Counted from the first letter of the stretch, positions 36,270 to 48,898 are shown. The stretch is DNA of 64,000 nucleotides from Scyliorhinus canicula (GCF_902713615.1 NC_052158.1:5941196-6005195), one strand, 5' to 3'. Notes: generated by a model from the sequence alone, not told the origin. Numbers and translations: made by a program.

Positions 36270-36734
36270 TACTGGATTAAGTAGGGACTCCACTCTGGAG
36301 AAAAGGCTCTTCAACCCATCCAATCTCTGACATTATTCACTTCTAGATCAGCGATATTTCTAACCCTGTATCCAGCCCGTATCCCAAATCCCTTCACTTC
36401 CCCCTTTACCCTATTCTGCAATCTTGGGAGAGTGTCCGGAATTCTCCGGCCGTTGGGATTCTCTTATCCTGCTGGCAGCGAACCCCTTCCTGTGGGTTTC
36501 CCGGGGTGTGAGGTAGGTTCATTGGGAAGTCCTATTGACAAACGGCGGGCTGAGAGAATCCTGCCGCCAAGAGACACGCGGCCGGCGGGTGGGTGGAGGT
36601 GCCCACCCAGTGCCTGCTTCAATCACTCACTCCAGTCCATAGCTTCACAACCCACTGTGTGAGAAGGAATCTCTCTGCTCTTTGTCCCGAATCTCTCACC
36701 TTCATTCTGATATTAATTTACCTCAATATTCTAA

Positions 36735-36990
36735 TCCACCAATGTCTTGTGGCGCAGTGGGTGACTTCCCTGCCTCTGAGCCAGAAGCTGCGGGTTCAAG
36801 GCCCACTCCAGGGCCTGGCGGCCAAGGAAGGTTTGTTCATAACGCGGTCAAACAGATTGAATGTCCATCTGTAACTCCTTCCAGCCACGCCAATGGCTGG
36901 CGGTGAGAGTGGGGCAGACTCCTGGTCGGCCACGCTTGATGTGGAGTGGAGCCCCTCAAGCTATAAGCCCCCCGGCGACAGACTAGTAAC
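36735..36990 (+). mobile_element. Second SINE-like family (also about 12840-13125 and 28830-29050)
   Basis: A-box-like TGGCGCAGTGG and B-box-like GGTTCAAGG; shared 3' part ..GGCTGG.GGT.AGAG..GATGTGGAGTG..ATAAG.C in three copies. Confidence 0.55.
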
Positions 36991-37814
36991 CTCCTCCTAG
37001 GCAACAATAACAGCCTGTTTTAATCGACCCTATTTTCCCTATTCCTTCTCTGTTCCCATTCTGCAGTGCACTCCAGCCCACGGGTTTCCCAACGGCATGG
37101 GAAGTCCCATTCACAAGCAACGGGAAGATAGAATCCCACTGCCAGCGAAAGGCGCTTCTCCGAGAGACATGTGACTGGGCACCGGAGATTCCAGCCCGTT
37201 ATCTTGATTTGTGAATGAAGGTTTGCATCAATGAAGTTCAAATCTGTTGCTGTAATTTTATTTTTGTTCCATGTTCGGTTGTTCTGATGTACTCGACATT
37301 TATATGGTTGACACATCTTCCTGAGATCTCAGCTGTGACTCCATTAGTGTAGATCCGGCCTATGAGAGATCCAGGGCTCCAGAATCGAGTGAGGGACGCT
37401 CCAGGGCAGCACCGAGGGAGGGTCTATATTGTGGAGGCCCTTCCACCCGGAGACGTTAAACGCAGGCCTCCATCCGCCTGCTTCCTCTGTTTCATGATCA
37501 AGATCCCAGGGCTGGCATTCTTTCCAAGGAGAGCTGGCAAGGTGCCCCTGATGCCATGAGCAACACCCATCGCTCAACCCACAACACAAACAGTAAAAAT
37601 GATCTGCTTGGGAAAGCTTGCTGTATTCCAGTTGGCTCCCACATTTCCGACACTACGTTAGGGAGAGTACAAATCAAAGATGTTTGTGAATTGCAAGACA
37701 TTTGATGGTCATGAAGAGCACTTTCTAAATGCAAGACTTTTTTCTCCGAGTTTCAGTGATTTTCCTGATCTTGGATTTGAACCAAAATTGCATTGATGTA
37801 ATTCCTACTTGTTA

Positions 37815-37828
37815 CCACCAGGGGGTGC
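37815..37828 (+). promoter_or_regulatory. CTCF-like motif CCACCAGGGGGTGC
   Basis: 13/14 match to the CTCF core CCACCAGGGGGCGC, in non-repetitive sequence. Confidence 0.45.
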
Positions 37829-37940
37829 GGATGCACATTGTTATTCCTCTCATTGAAGAACAGGACATTGTCTCACAATTATAAAATGTCTTCAACAAAA
37901 CAAAATGTCTCAAAGTGCTTCACAGAAGAATTATCTTTCT

Positions 37941-38155
37941 TCAAAATAAGTTTAGAGTAGCCAATTTTTTTCCAATGAAGGGGCAATTTAGCGTGGCCAA
38001 TCCACCTACCCTAAACATCTTGTGGGGGTGAGACCCACGCAGACACGGGGAGAATGTGCAAACTCCACACGGGCAATGACCCAGGACGGGGATCGAACCT
38101 GGGTCCTCAGCCACATGAGGCAGCAGTGCTAACCACTGCACCACCGTGCCACCCC
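37941..38155 (-). mobile_element. tRNA-derived SINE copy
   Basis: Reverse complement of head and core. Confidence 0.8.
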
Positions 38156-39084
38156 TACAGAAACATTATCACTTATTGTGAGGGGAATTGAATACAAGAG
38201 GAGGGAAGTTATGCTTCAGTTGTACAGAGCTTTGGTAAGACCACATCTGGGCCTCAATTCTCAGGATGGTGAGCGGGGACGGCGACTGGGGCACTGCCAT
38301 TTCACGTTCAACCGAACGTTGGTTGACTGACGGTACTCCAGCCCCTCCAGTCGCAGTGCTGCAGTGGCCGGAAGAGGAACTGCAGTGCTCTGCCTCAGCT
38401 TGAGTCCACGCCTGCACTTGAGGTAAGTCCCGGGGTCGGAGGGTAGGGGATGACCTGAGGGTTCGGGAAGGGGGCGGTTTTGGTGTCGGGGAATGGGGGA
38501 GGAGGGGGGGGGGGGCGTGGGGGTGGATAGGACAGGTGTGGATAGAGGGCTGGAGGTTCCAGGTCCCTTGGGGAGGGCGACGTCAGATTGAGGTGACCTC
38601 CCTCATCCTTCGCACAAGTCAAATCTGATTGGCTGGGATGGCTACCGTGGAAAAGCTTCTGGGAATTCAGGGCTGGCGTATCAACCAATCAACATCCTCT
38701 TATCCTGTAGTATAAATTATTGTGACGGTTGATGGAGACAGGCCACCAGCGGGGTCTACTGATCCGGTCGTTGTTGACGGGATTTCCCAGTGATGGCACC
38801 CCACGTCGTTGGGAAACCCGTGGCTGGCGTGGGACCGGAATTTCCTGCCGGCGTAGGTTCTGCCCACGATACTCTTGCATTTGTCCTGATGACTCCAGAG
38901 TTAAAATCTTCAGCAGCATGTCTCCCTTTTCAGGCAGATTCAAGGTGCTGCATTGCCAAGCAACTGCTTATTGCCAATTTATGAAGCAATTAAATTTAAA
39001 TCTCCAGGTATCTGAGCAGAATTAAACCAGGACTCTGGATTGCTAAAAGTAACGTAACCACAGTACAACAGTATTCCAGGCACC

Positions 39085-40050
39085 TGCCTTTGGATAGTGA
39101 ACGCAGAGGGAGGCCATTCGGCCCATCGAGTCTGCACCGACCCGTTGACTGAGCTCCCATTTATCCTCCCCCGTCCACCCATCCCTGTAACCCCATTACC
39201 TAACCTGCACATCGCTGGTCACCAAGGGCCAATTTAAACATGGCCAATTCACCCTAACCTGCACATCGCTGGTCACCAAGGGCCAATTTAAACATGGCCA
39301 ATTCACCCTAACCTGCACATTGTTGGTCATCAAGGGCCAATTTAAACATGGCCAATTCACCCTAACCTGCACATCGCTGGTCACCAAGGGCCAATTTAAA
39401 CATGGCCAATTCACCTAACCTGCGCATCGCTGGTCACCAAGGGCCAATTTAAACATGGCCAATTCACCCTAACCTGCACATCGCTGGTCACCAAGGGCCA
39501 ATTTAAACATGGCCAATTCGCCTAACCTGCACATCGCTGGTCACCAAGGGCCAATTTAAACATGGCCAATTCACCCTAACCTGCACATCGCTGGTCACCA
39601 AGGGCCAATTTAAACATGGCCAATTCACCTAACCTGCACATCGCTGGTCACCAAGGGCCAATTTAAACATGGCCAATTCGCCCTAACCTGCACATCGCTG
39701 GTCACCAAGGGCCAATTTAAACATGGCCAATTCACCCTAACCTGCACATCGCTGGTCACCAAGGGCCAATTTAAACATGGCCAATTCGCCTAACCTGCAC
39801 ATCGCTGGTCACCAAGGGCCAATTTAAACATGGCCAATTCACCCTAACCTGCACATCTTTGCACATCACAGGACAGTCCATCATGCGAACCTGCCTCCCA
39901 TCGATCGACTCTATCTGGGAGGAAACCAGAGCACCCGGAGGCAACCCACGCAGACACGGGGAGAATGGTGCTGGCTCCGCACAGACATTTCCCGGAATTG
40001 AACCTGGGTCCCCGGCGCTGTGAGGCAGCAGTGCTAACCACTGTGCCATC
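39085..40050 (-). mobile_element. SINE copy with internal tandem amplification
   Basis: SINE tail at about 39085-39198 and head at about 39915-40050 flank the 54-bp array. Confidence 0.8.
39199..39855. repeat. 54/53-bp tandem array (about 12 copies) derived from SINE internal sequence
   Basis: Unit CCTAACCTGCACATCGCTGGTCACCAAGGGCCAATTTAAACATGGCCAATTCAC; period 54 (39201 to 39255). Confidence 0.92.
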
Positions 40051-40574
40051 CCTCACAGCCACTTCCCGATTCTTTTACCAGCCGACACTGGACCTCCTTC
40101 CGTCTCCTGTCCCTGTCTCCAGTCAGCGGAGTCAACACTGGTCTTCCTTTCTGATTCATCAGTGTCCCTCCCTGAGCCCAACCGCTCTGGTGTTTCAATG
40201 CGGTTCGCGGGCTCTTGCTGTGCATCGATGGCCTGCTGCCCTTGCTGAGGAAGCCACAGTGAGCACAGTTCAGGAATAATTCACTGGATGTTTGATGACT
40301 TCCTGCGCTTTCCTTCTCTGTCTCGTTGTCTTTTGAGACAACAATTTGTACATGTTGCACTGTTACACAGTGCCCTGTGGCAGCAATACAACAATAACTT
40401 CCGTGTATATCTATGCAGTGAAGGTGTAACATCAGAGGGTAAACTGTGACAAATGTAGATGTGGGGGGAGGGGAAGGGGGAAGCAAAGAGGAGAAAGGGT
40501 AAGGAAAGGTGGATAAGATGGAGGAGGGGTTAATATATATTAAGAAAGACAAGAAAGAGAGAAATGGTAAAAGT

Positions 40575-40921
40575 CAGTTAAAATAAATAGAATAGAATTT
40601 ACAGTGCAGAAGGGGGTCGGCCCATCAGGTCTGCACCGACCCTTGGAAAGAGCACCCCAGTTAAGCCCACACCTCCACACTATCCCCGTAACCCAGTAAC
40701 CTCACCTAACTTTTTGGACACTAAGTTATATTTATCATGGCCAGTCCACCTAACCTGCATATCTTTGGACTGTGGGAGGAAACCGGAGCACCCGGAGGAA
40801 ACCCACGCAGACACGGGGAGAACGTGCAGACTCCGCACAGACAGTGACCCAAGCCGGAATCGAACCTGGGACCCTGGAGCTGTGAGGCAGCAATGCTAAC
40901 CACTGTGCCACCGTGCCGCCC
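40575..40921 (-). mobile_element. tRNA-derived SINE copy
   Basis: Reverse complement of head and core. Confidence 0.85.
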
Positions 40922-40949
40922 AAAAATGGGATGAAAACAAATGGGTCGA

Positions 40950-41520
40950 GGTGGGGTAGAGCTAATCATCTGAAGTTGTTGAATTCGATGTTCAGGCCGG
41001 AAGGCTGTAGCGTGCCTAACCGGAAGATGAGATGTTGTTCCTCCAGTTTGCGTTGAGCTTCACTGGAACATTGCAGCAGGCCAAGGACAGACATGTGGGC
41101 TTGGGAGCAGGGTCTTGTGTTAAAATGGCAAGCAACAGGAAGGTCAGGATCTTGAATGCGCACAGACCGAAGATGCTCAGCAAAGCGATCACCCAGTCTG
41201 CGTTTGGTCTCTCCGATATAGAGGAGACCACACTGGGAGCAGCCAATGCAGTAGACCAAATTGGAAGAGATGCCAGTGAAACGCTGCTTAACCTGGAATG
41301 AGTGTTTTGGGCCTGGGACGTGAAGCATGGAAGAGGTAAAGGGGCAGGTGTTACACCTTCTGTGACTGCATGGGAAGGTGCCATGGGTGATGGGAGAGAT
41401 ACTGGGTATGGTGGAGGAGTGGACTAGATTGTCTCGGAGGGAACGGTCTCTGCGGAATGCTGACACAGGGAGTGAAGGGAAGAGGTGTTTGGTGGTGGCA
41501 TCACGCTGGAGTTGGTGAAA
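40950..41520 (-). mobile_element. Penelope-like element, GIY-YIG endonuclease region
   Basis: ORF 40966-41466: RRDRSLRDNLVHS..PC..RRCNTC..NLVYCIGCSQCGLLYIGETKRRLGDRFAEH..VACHFN..EQHLIFRLGTLQPSGLNIEF. Confidence 0.88.
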
Positions 41521-42509
41521 ATGGCGGAGGATTATTTATTGCATATTTATGCAGAACAGTGAAACATAGGGATATGTCCCAAACAGCGCAGACAGGGCCC
41601 GGAACCTTCCGGTCATTGGAAATCAATTTTCCCACCGGCAGCACACTGCTGCCAGTGGCTATCCCGGGAGCCCGGGGTGGTTCCAGTGGGAAATCCCATT
41701 GACAATCGGCAGAAAGATAGAATCCCGCCGCCAGCGGACGGCGCACGGCCGTGAAACACGCGGCTGGCAGACCAGAGAATCCCACCCAGAATATAACACG
41801 GAGTCACGTGAGATGTGGAATCAGTGGCCGAAGATACGGCCAGAGGTAAGTTCAAAAGGAGCGACGTGAAGGAGGTTGGAGAGGTTTAAGGAGGAGGGTA
41901 GGCGGGGGGGAGGGGGGGGGGTGAATTCCAGAGTCTAAGATGCTGGCAGCTGAAGACAAGCTTTCCGATGGCGGAGCGGATGAAAATGGAGGAGAATGAA
42001 GAAGCCCTGGTTCGAGGAACCCAGATTAGCTCGGCGTGTGCAGGAGATTACCCAGATAGGGAGGCGGCCAGGTTGGGTTAGCGATGATGGAGATGGGGGG
42101 GGGGGAGGTGGGTGGTGGGTGCTGAGGTGGTGAGGTGGTGGTGGGGAGGGGGGGAGGTGGAGAGAATGTTCCACTATCCAAGGGCATACATACATTGGGA
42201 TAGAAGCTGGATCTCTGGGTCCTGCCTGGGAGCCAATGTTCCGGCTGTATGGTTCCTGGCAAGTCCTACTGTTTAAACAACCTGAGGGTGGGAAATAGGC
42301 TGCGGGCACAGATGGGTCAGTGCTGATCACAGAGCAGCAGAGAAACCTGGAATAAGCACCTTTGGGAGAGAGAGAGGGAGAGGAGAGGTACAAGGGGATA
42401 GGTTAGGCTGTGGGGATGTATGTGTGGGCAGAAAGGAAGTTGTAACACGGCAGGAATCCACTTCTCCCACTCAATAACTTGTCAGGAAAAGGAATGATCA
42501 ACAACTCAC

Positions 42510-42615
42510 GGTTTTCCAGTGTTGAGCAAAATTCCCCTTTATGATTCCCCCTTGAGATTTGCTTTCTATTTCCTGGGATAGGCTTATTAACCGAGTGAAT
42601 GTTCTCGGCATAGTC
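42510..42615 (-). CDS. Candidate internal exon of an unidentified minus-strand gene
   Basis: Acceptor CTTTGCTGCAACAG and donor GTGAGT, 106 bp, open in two frames (TMPRTFTRLISLSQEIESKSQGGIIKGNFAQHWKT or DYAENIHSVNKPIPGNRKQISRGNHKGEFCSTLEN); no family recognised. Confidence 0.35.
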
Positions 42616-42704
42616 CTGTTGCAGCAAAGAATTACATTTAAATAGCACCTTTCTGATTTCCGGGCGTAAGCCCCAGGCATCCCTCAACTAGTGAGGTACT
42701 TCTA

Positions 42705-43630
42705 AATTCTGTGTGTATATGTGTAAGTGTCTGGGCCTGTGGGTGTGTGTGCATCAGTCTGTGTGTATGTGTAAGTGCCTGGGCCTGTGGGTGTGTGTGC
42801 ATCAGTCTGTGTGTATGTAACTGTGTGTGAGAGTGTATGGGCTTGTACACATCAATGTGTGAATATGTATGTGTGAGCATGTGTGCATATGTGCTTTTGT
42901 GTGTGCCTGCAAACGTTTGTGTGTATGTGCCTGTGTGTGTGCATATGTGTGTGTGTAAATATATGTGTATCTGTATATGAGTGACTGTGCCTGTGAATGT
43001 TTTGTGTGTATGTGCCTGTGTATTTGTGTTTGTGTATGGTCCTGTGTGTGAGTGTGTATATATGTCAGTCTATGTGTGTCTGTGTGTGTGAGAATGTCTG
43101 CGTATGTGCTTGTGTGTATTGTGTTTATCTGCCTGTTTATGTGTGTATGTATGTGCCTGTGTGTCTGCGTGCCTGTGTAAGTGTTTGTATGTGCCTGTAC
43201 ATGTGTGTGCACATGTGTGCATGTACCTTTGTGTGTATGTGTGTGTAAGTGCCTGGTTGTGCATATGGGTCTGTGTGTTTGGTCCTGTGTGTATATCTGT
43301 GCATGTGTATGTTGTGACTGTATGTGCCCATGTAAGTGTATGCATCTGTGTCTATATATGTGTGTGTGTGTGTATATTTATGTACCTATGTATTTCTGTA
43401 TGTGTATGTGTGGGTATGTGCCTGTGTATGTGAGTGAATGGGCATGTGTGTGAGTGTTTCTGTAAGTGTGTGTGTGTCTGTGCCTGTGACTATGTATATG
43501 TGTGTGTATGTGTGAGTATTTGTGTGCGTATGTGTTTGTGTATGTGTATGTGGTTACGTGTATATTTACCTGTGTATTTGTGTGTATATGCTCCTGTGTG
43601 TGTGTATGGGCTTGTGTGTGGATGTATCTG
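42705..43630. repeat. Degenerate (TG)n/(TGTA)n low-complexity tract
   Basis: Direct reading; similar tracts at 29935-30050, 46960-47090, 47660-48265 and 48450-48670. Confidence 0.9.
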
Positions 43631-43633
43631 TCA

Positions 43634-46600
43634 TAACAAAGAACAAAGAACAAAGAAAATTACAGCACAGGAACAGGCCCTTCGGCCCTCCCAACCTGCG
43701 ACGATCCAGATCCTTTATCTAAACCTGTCGCCTATTTTCCAAGGAACTACTTTTTTCTGTTCCCCGCCCGTTCATATATCTGTCTAGATGCATCTTAAAT
43801 GATGGTATCGTGCCCGCCTCTACCACCTCTGCGGGAAAAGCGTTCCAGGCACCCACCACTCTATGCGTAAAAAACTTTCCACGCACATCTCCCTTAAACT
43901 TTCCCCCTCTCACCTTGAAATCGTGACCCCTTGTAATAGACACCCCCACTCTTGGAAAAAGCTTGTTGCTATCCACCGTCTTTCCAATGAAAACAATCCT
44001 AATCTACTCAACCTTTCTTCATAGTTAGCACCCTCCATACCAGGCAACATCCTGGTGGACCTCCTCTGCACCCTCTATAAAGCATCCACATCCTTCTGGT
44101 AATGTGGCGACCAGAACTGCACGCAGTATTCCAAATGTGACCTAACCAAAGTCCTATACAACTGTAACATGACCTGCCGACTCTTGTACTCAATACCCCG
44201 TCCGATGAAAGCAAGCATGCTGTATGCCTTCTTGACCACTCTATCAACCTGCGTTGCCACCTTCAGGGTACAATGGACCTGAACTCCCAGATCTCTCTGT
44301 ACATCAATTTTCCCCAGGACTCTTCCATTGACCGTATTGTCCGCTCTTGAATTAGATCTTCCAAAATGCATCACCTCGCATTTGCCTGGATTGAACTCCA
44401 TCTGCCATTTCTCTGCCCAACTCTCCAATCTACATTTTGCTGTATTCTCTGACAGTCCTCCTCGCTATCTGCAACTCCACCAATCTTAGTACCATCTGCA
44501 AACTTGCTAATCAGACCACTTATACCTTTGTCCGGATCATTTATGTATATCACAAACAACAGTGGTCCGAGCACGGATCCCTGAGGAACACCACTAGTCA
44601 CATTTCTCTATTTTGAGACACTCCCTTCCACCACTACTCTCTGTCTCCTGTTGCCCAGCCAGTTCTTTATCCATCTAGCTAGTACACTCTGAACCCCATA
44701 CGACTTCACTTTTTCCATCAACCTGCCATGGGAAACTTTATCAAACGCCTTACTGAGGTCCATGTGTATGACATCAACAGCCCTTCCCTCATCAATTAAC
44801 TTTGTCACTTCCTCAAAGAATTCTGTTAGGTTTGTAAGACATGACCTTCCCTGCACAAAACTATGTTGCCTATCTATTTATCAGTGAACAATAGATAAGT
44901 GAATAGATCCTAAATCTCAGTATCTTCTCCAACAGTTTGCCTACCACTGACGTCAAGCTCACAGGTCTATAATTCCCTGGATTATCCCTGCTACCCTTCT
45001 TAAACAAAGGGACAACATTAGCAATTCTCCAGTCCTCCGGGACCTCACCCGTACTCAAGGATGCTGCAAAGATATCTGTTAAGGCTCCAGCTATTTCGTC
45101 CCTTGCTTCTCTCAGTAACCTGGGATAGATCCCATCCAGACCTGGGGACTTGTCCACCTTAATGCCTTTTAGAATACCCAAAACCTCCCCCTTCCTTATG
45201 CCAACATGACCTAGAGTATTTAAACATCCATCCCTAGCCTCAACATCCGTCTTGTCCCTCTCCTTGGTGAATACCGATGCAAAGTACTCATTAAGAATCT
45301 CACCCATTTCCTCTGAGTCCACGCATAAATTTCCTCTTTTGTCTCTAGCCAATCCTTTCTCTAGTTACCCTCTTGCTCCTTATATACGAATAAAAGGCTT
45401 TGGGATTTTCCTTCACCCTGTTAGCCAAAGATATTTCATGACCCCTTTTAACCCTCTTTATTGCACATTTGAGATTTGTCCTACTTTCCCGATATTCCTC
45501 CAAAGCTTCATCAGTTTTGAGTTGCCTCCATCCTATGTATGCTTCCTTTTTCATCTTAGCTCGTCTCACAATTCCACCCGTCATCCATGGTTCCCTAATC
45601 TTGCCATTTCTATCCCTCATTTTCACAGGAACATGTCTGTCCTGCACTCTAATCAACCTTTCCTTAAAAGACTCCTACATTTCAAATGTGGATTTACCCT
45701 TAAACAGCTGCTCCCAATCCACATTCCCTAGCTCCTGCCGAATTTTGTTATACTCTGCCTTTCCCCAATTTAGCACTCTTCCTTTTGGACCACTCTTGTC
45801 CTTGTCCATGAGTATTCTAAAACTTACGGAATTGTGATCGCTATTCCCAAACTAATCACCGACTGAAACTTCAATCACCTGGCCCTGATCATTCCCCAAT
45901 ACCAGGTCCAGTATGGCCCCTTCCCGAGTTGGACTATTTACATACTGCTCTAAAAAATTCTCCTGGATGCTCCTTACAAACTCTGCTCCATCTACGCCTC
46001 CAACACTACATGAGTCCCATTCAATGTTGGGGAAGTTAAAATCTCCCATCATGACCACCCTAATGCTCCTACATTGTTCTATAATCTGTCTACATATTTG
46101 TACCTCTACTTCACGCTCGCTTTTGGGAGGCCTGTAGTAAAGTCCCAACAATGTTACTGCACCCTTCCTATTTCTTAGCACTACCCATATTGCCTCAGTG
46201 CTCGAATCCTCCATCGTGCCCCCCTTAATCACAGCTGTGATATCATCTCTGACCAGTAATGCAACTCCTCCACCCCTTTTACCTCCCTCTCTATCCCTCC
46301 TGAAGCATCTATACCCTGGGATATTTAGTTGCCAGTCTTGCCCTTCCCTCAACCAAGTCTCAGTAATACCAATAACATCATATTCCCAGGTACTAATCCA
46401 AGCCCTAAGTTCATCTGCCTTACCTGTTACACTTCTCGCATTAAAACAAATGCACCTCAGACCACCTTTCCCTTTGCTTTCATCATCTCTTCCCTGTCTA
46501 CTCTTCCCCTTAGTCACATTGAGTTTATTGTCTAGGACCTTACTGGCTTTAGTTGCTGCTTCTTTACTGACCTCTAACTGGTCTGGTTCCCATCCCCCTG

Positions 46601-46955
46601 CCACATTAGTTTAAAACCTCCCCTACAGTGTTAGCAAAAGCACCCCCTAGGACATTGGTTCCAGTCCTGCCCAGGTGTAGACCATCCGGTTTGTAATGGT
46701 CCCACCGCCCCCAGAATCGGTTCCAATGTCCCAAAAATCTGAACCCCTCCCTCCTGCACCATCTCTCAAGCCACGTATTCATTCTGACTATTCTTGAATT
46801 TCTACTCTGACTGTCCCGTGGCACTGGTAGCAATCCTGAGATTACTACCTTTGAGGTCCTACTTTTTAACTTATCTCCTAACTCCCTAAATTCTGATTGT
46901 AGGACCTCATCCCATTTTTTACCTATATCGTTGGTGCCTATATGCACCACGACAA
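43634..46955 (-). mobile_element. 5'-truncated, decayed CR1 LINE (ORF1 SGNH esterase, ORF2 APE and RT, AACAAAG-repeat tail)
   Basis: 46606-46950 VHIGTNDIG..VVISGLLPVP..DGLHL (esterase); 45852-46604 FNARS..DVIGITETWL..MGDFNFP (APE); 44371-44856 D.SKAFDKV..SGVPQGSVLGPLLF..FAD (RT); several stops and frameshifts. Confidence 0.93.
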
Positions 46956-47214
46956 CTGTCTGCTTGTGTATGTTGTGTGTGTACTTGTGTTATGTGTGTA
47001 TGTGCCTGTGTGTGCATGTTCCGATGTATATACCTGTGTGTGTGTGTGTTTGTGCTGTGTATGTTTGTGTGGCTGTGTACGTTATGGATCTAGGTACCTG
47101 TGTGAAAATTATTGTTCTGCGTACAGTCCAGGCTGATCATTCCATACATGAAAAACATAAGACATTTGATAAATACACAATGTTATTTACAGACATAGAC
47201 ATTGGGTGAAGCAT

Positions 47215-47645
47215 AATGCAACACGTAGAGAAGAGGTGTGGAAAGATCAGTTCAGTCCTTAAGAGGGTCATTTAGGAATCTGGTGACAGTTGGGAAGAAG
47301 CTGTTTTTGAGTCTGTTCGTGCGTGTTCTCAGACTTCTGTATCTCCTGCCCGATGGAAGGAGTTGAAAGAGTGAGTAAGCCGGGTGGGAAGGATCCTTGA
47401 TTATGCTGCCCGCTTTCCCCAGGCAGCGGGAGGTGTAGATGGAGTCCATGGATGGGAGGCAGGTTTGTGTGATGGACTGGGCGGTATTCACGACTCTCTG
47501 AAGTTCCTTGCGGTCCTGGGCCGAGCAGTTGCCATACCAGGCTGTGATGCAGCCAGATAGGATGCTTTCTATGGTGCATCTGTAAAAGTTGGTAAGTCAT
47601 TGTGGACATGCCGAATTTCCTTAGTTTCCTGAGGAAGTATAGGCG
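47215..47645 (-). mobile_element. Rex1/Babar-like LINE 3' fragment
   Basis: Peptide AQSITQTCLPSMDSIYTSRCLGKAGSIIKDPSHPAYSLFQLLPSGRRYRSLRTRTNRLKNSFFP. Confidence 0.75.
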
Positions 47646-48270
47646 CTGTTGTGCTTTCCTAGTCTTAGCTTGTGTGTGTATTTCTGTGCCGGTATGTTTG
47701 TGTATGTATCTATGTGCCTGTGGATGTGTGTGAGCCTGTGTATGTGTGTGAGCGTGTGTGTTTATGTCTGTTTATATGTATCTGTGTATTCATCTGTCTA
47801 TATGTGCCTGTGTGTGTGTTTATGTCTGTTTATATGTATCTGTGTATTCATCTGTCTATATGTACGAGTGTAAGAGAATATGGTATTTGTTTTTGTACCT
47901 GTGTATGTATGCGTTTGTTTGTGAGTGTTTGTGTGTGTGAGCATGTGCCTCTTTTTGTGAGCGTGTATGTGTGTATCTGTGCCTGTATATCTGTGGGAGT
48001 ATATGGGTGTGTGTGTCTGTGCCTGTGTATCTATGTGTGCATGAGCCTGTGTATGTGTATGTTTCTATGTATATACATATATGTATGTGTATATGAGTGT
48101 ATGTGTATGTGAGTGTGGATTTATATGTTTATACCCGTGTGTATGTATCTGTGCGCCTGTGCGTGTGTGTCTGTTTGTATGTGACTGTGTGTATGTGCCT
48201 GTGTGAATATGCCTGTGTGCGCCTGTATGTGGGGAGGTGCATGTGCCTGTCTGTGTATGTATGTGCATAT

Positions 48271-48450
48271 AGGGGCTGGTTTAGCACACTGGGCTAAATC
48301 ACTGGCTTTTAAAGCAGACCAAGCAGGCCAGCAGCACGGGTTCAATTCCCGTACCAGCCTCCCCGAACAGGCGCTGGAATGTGGCGACTAGGGGCTTTTC
48401 ACAGTAACTTAATTGAAGCCTACTCGTGACAATAAGCGATTTTCATTTCA
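48271..48450 (+). mobile_element. SINE copy (shorter family; also 53845-54030(-) and 62955-63080(+))
   Basis: GGGGCTGGTTTAGCACACTGGGCTAAAT..GGTTCAATTCCCGTACCAGCCTCCCCGAACAGG..GTGACAATAAGCGATTTTCATTTC. Confidence 0.8.
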
Positions 48451-48749
48451 TGTGCCTGTACATGTATCTGTGTGTGTGTATGCATGTGGGTATTCATGTG
48501 TGTGTTGTTGTATATCTGTGCATATGTGTGAGAAAGAGCATGCATCTGTGTGTGCATGCCTGTGTGCATGTGCCTATGTGTGCAGGAGTATGCATACCTG
48601 TGTGTGCGTGGATGTGTATGTGTGTGTGAGCTTTGTGTGCATGTGTATGTACCTGAGTATATGTGTCTGCGAGCGGCCTTCAATCTCCAGATGTGACCAG
48701 ATGCTGCTGTTCCCCTTGCCAGCAGCAAGGTAAGATGAAGCTAACTCAC

Positions 48750-48898
48750 AGGCGCACCTCGATTCTGGAAAAAGATCCCACTTTCCTGCTTTGTAAATTG
48801 TTGCAGGTTATCCTGCGGCTCAACCTGAGTTTCAAGTTCCGCCTCATCGCTTGGAAACGAGTCAGAGCTGCAATTAAAGATAATGCTTGTGGGTCAAT
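48750..48898 (-). CDS. Candidate internal exon of an unidentified minus-strand gene
   Basis: Donor GTGAGT (48749-48744); acceptors at 48898 (TTTCCGACAG) or 48867 (TTTAATTGCAG); both give open frames phase-compatible with 42510-42615. Confidence 0.33.

Noticed and set aside
37231-37287. Signal-peptide-like MKFKSVAVILFLFHVRLF* on the + strand
   Set aside because: Ends in a stop with only weak donors, and no compatible downstream exon was found.
42638-48733. Cys/Val-rich and His/Thr-rich ORFs (metallothionein- or keratin-associated-like)
   Set aside because: Translations of degenerate TG/CA microsatellite tracts.
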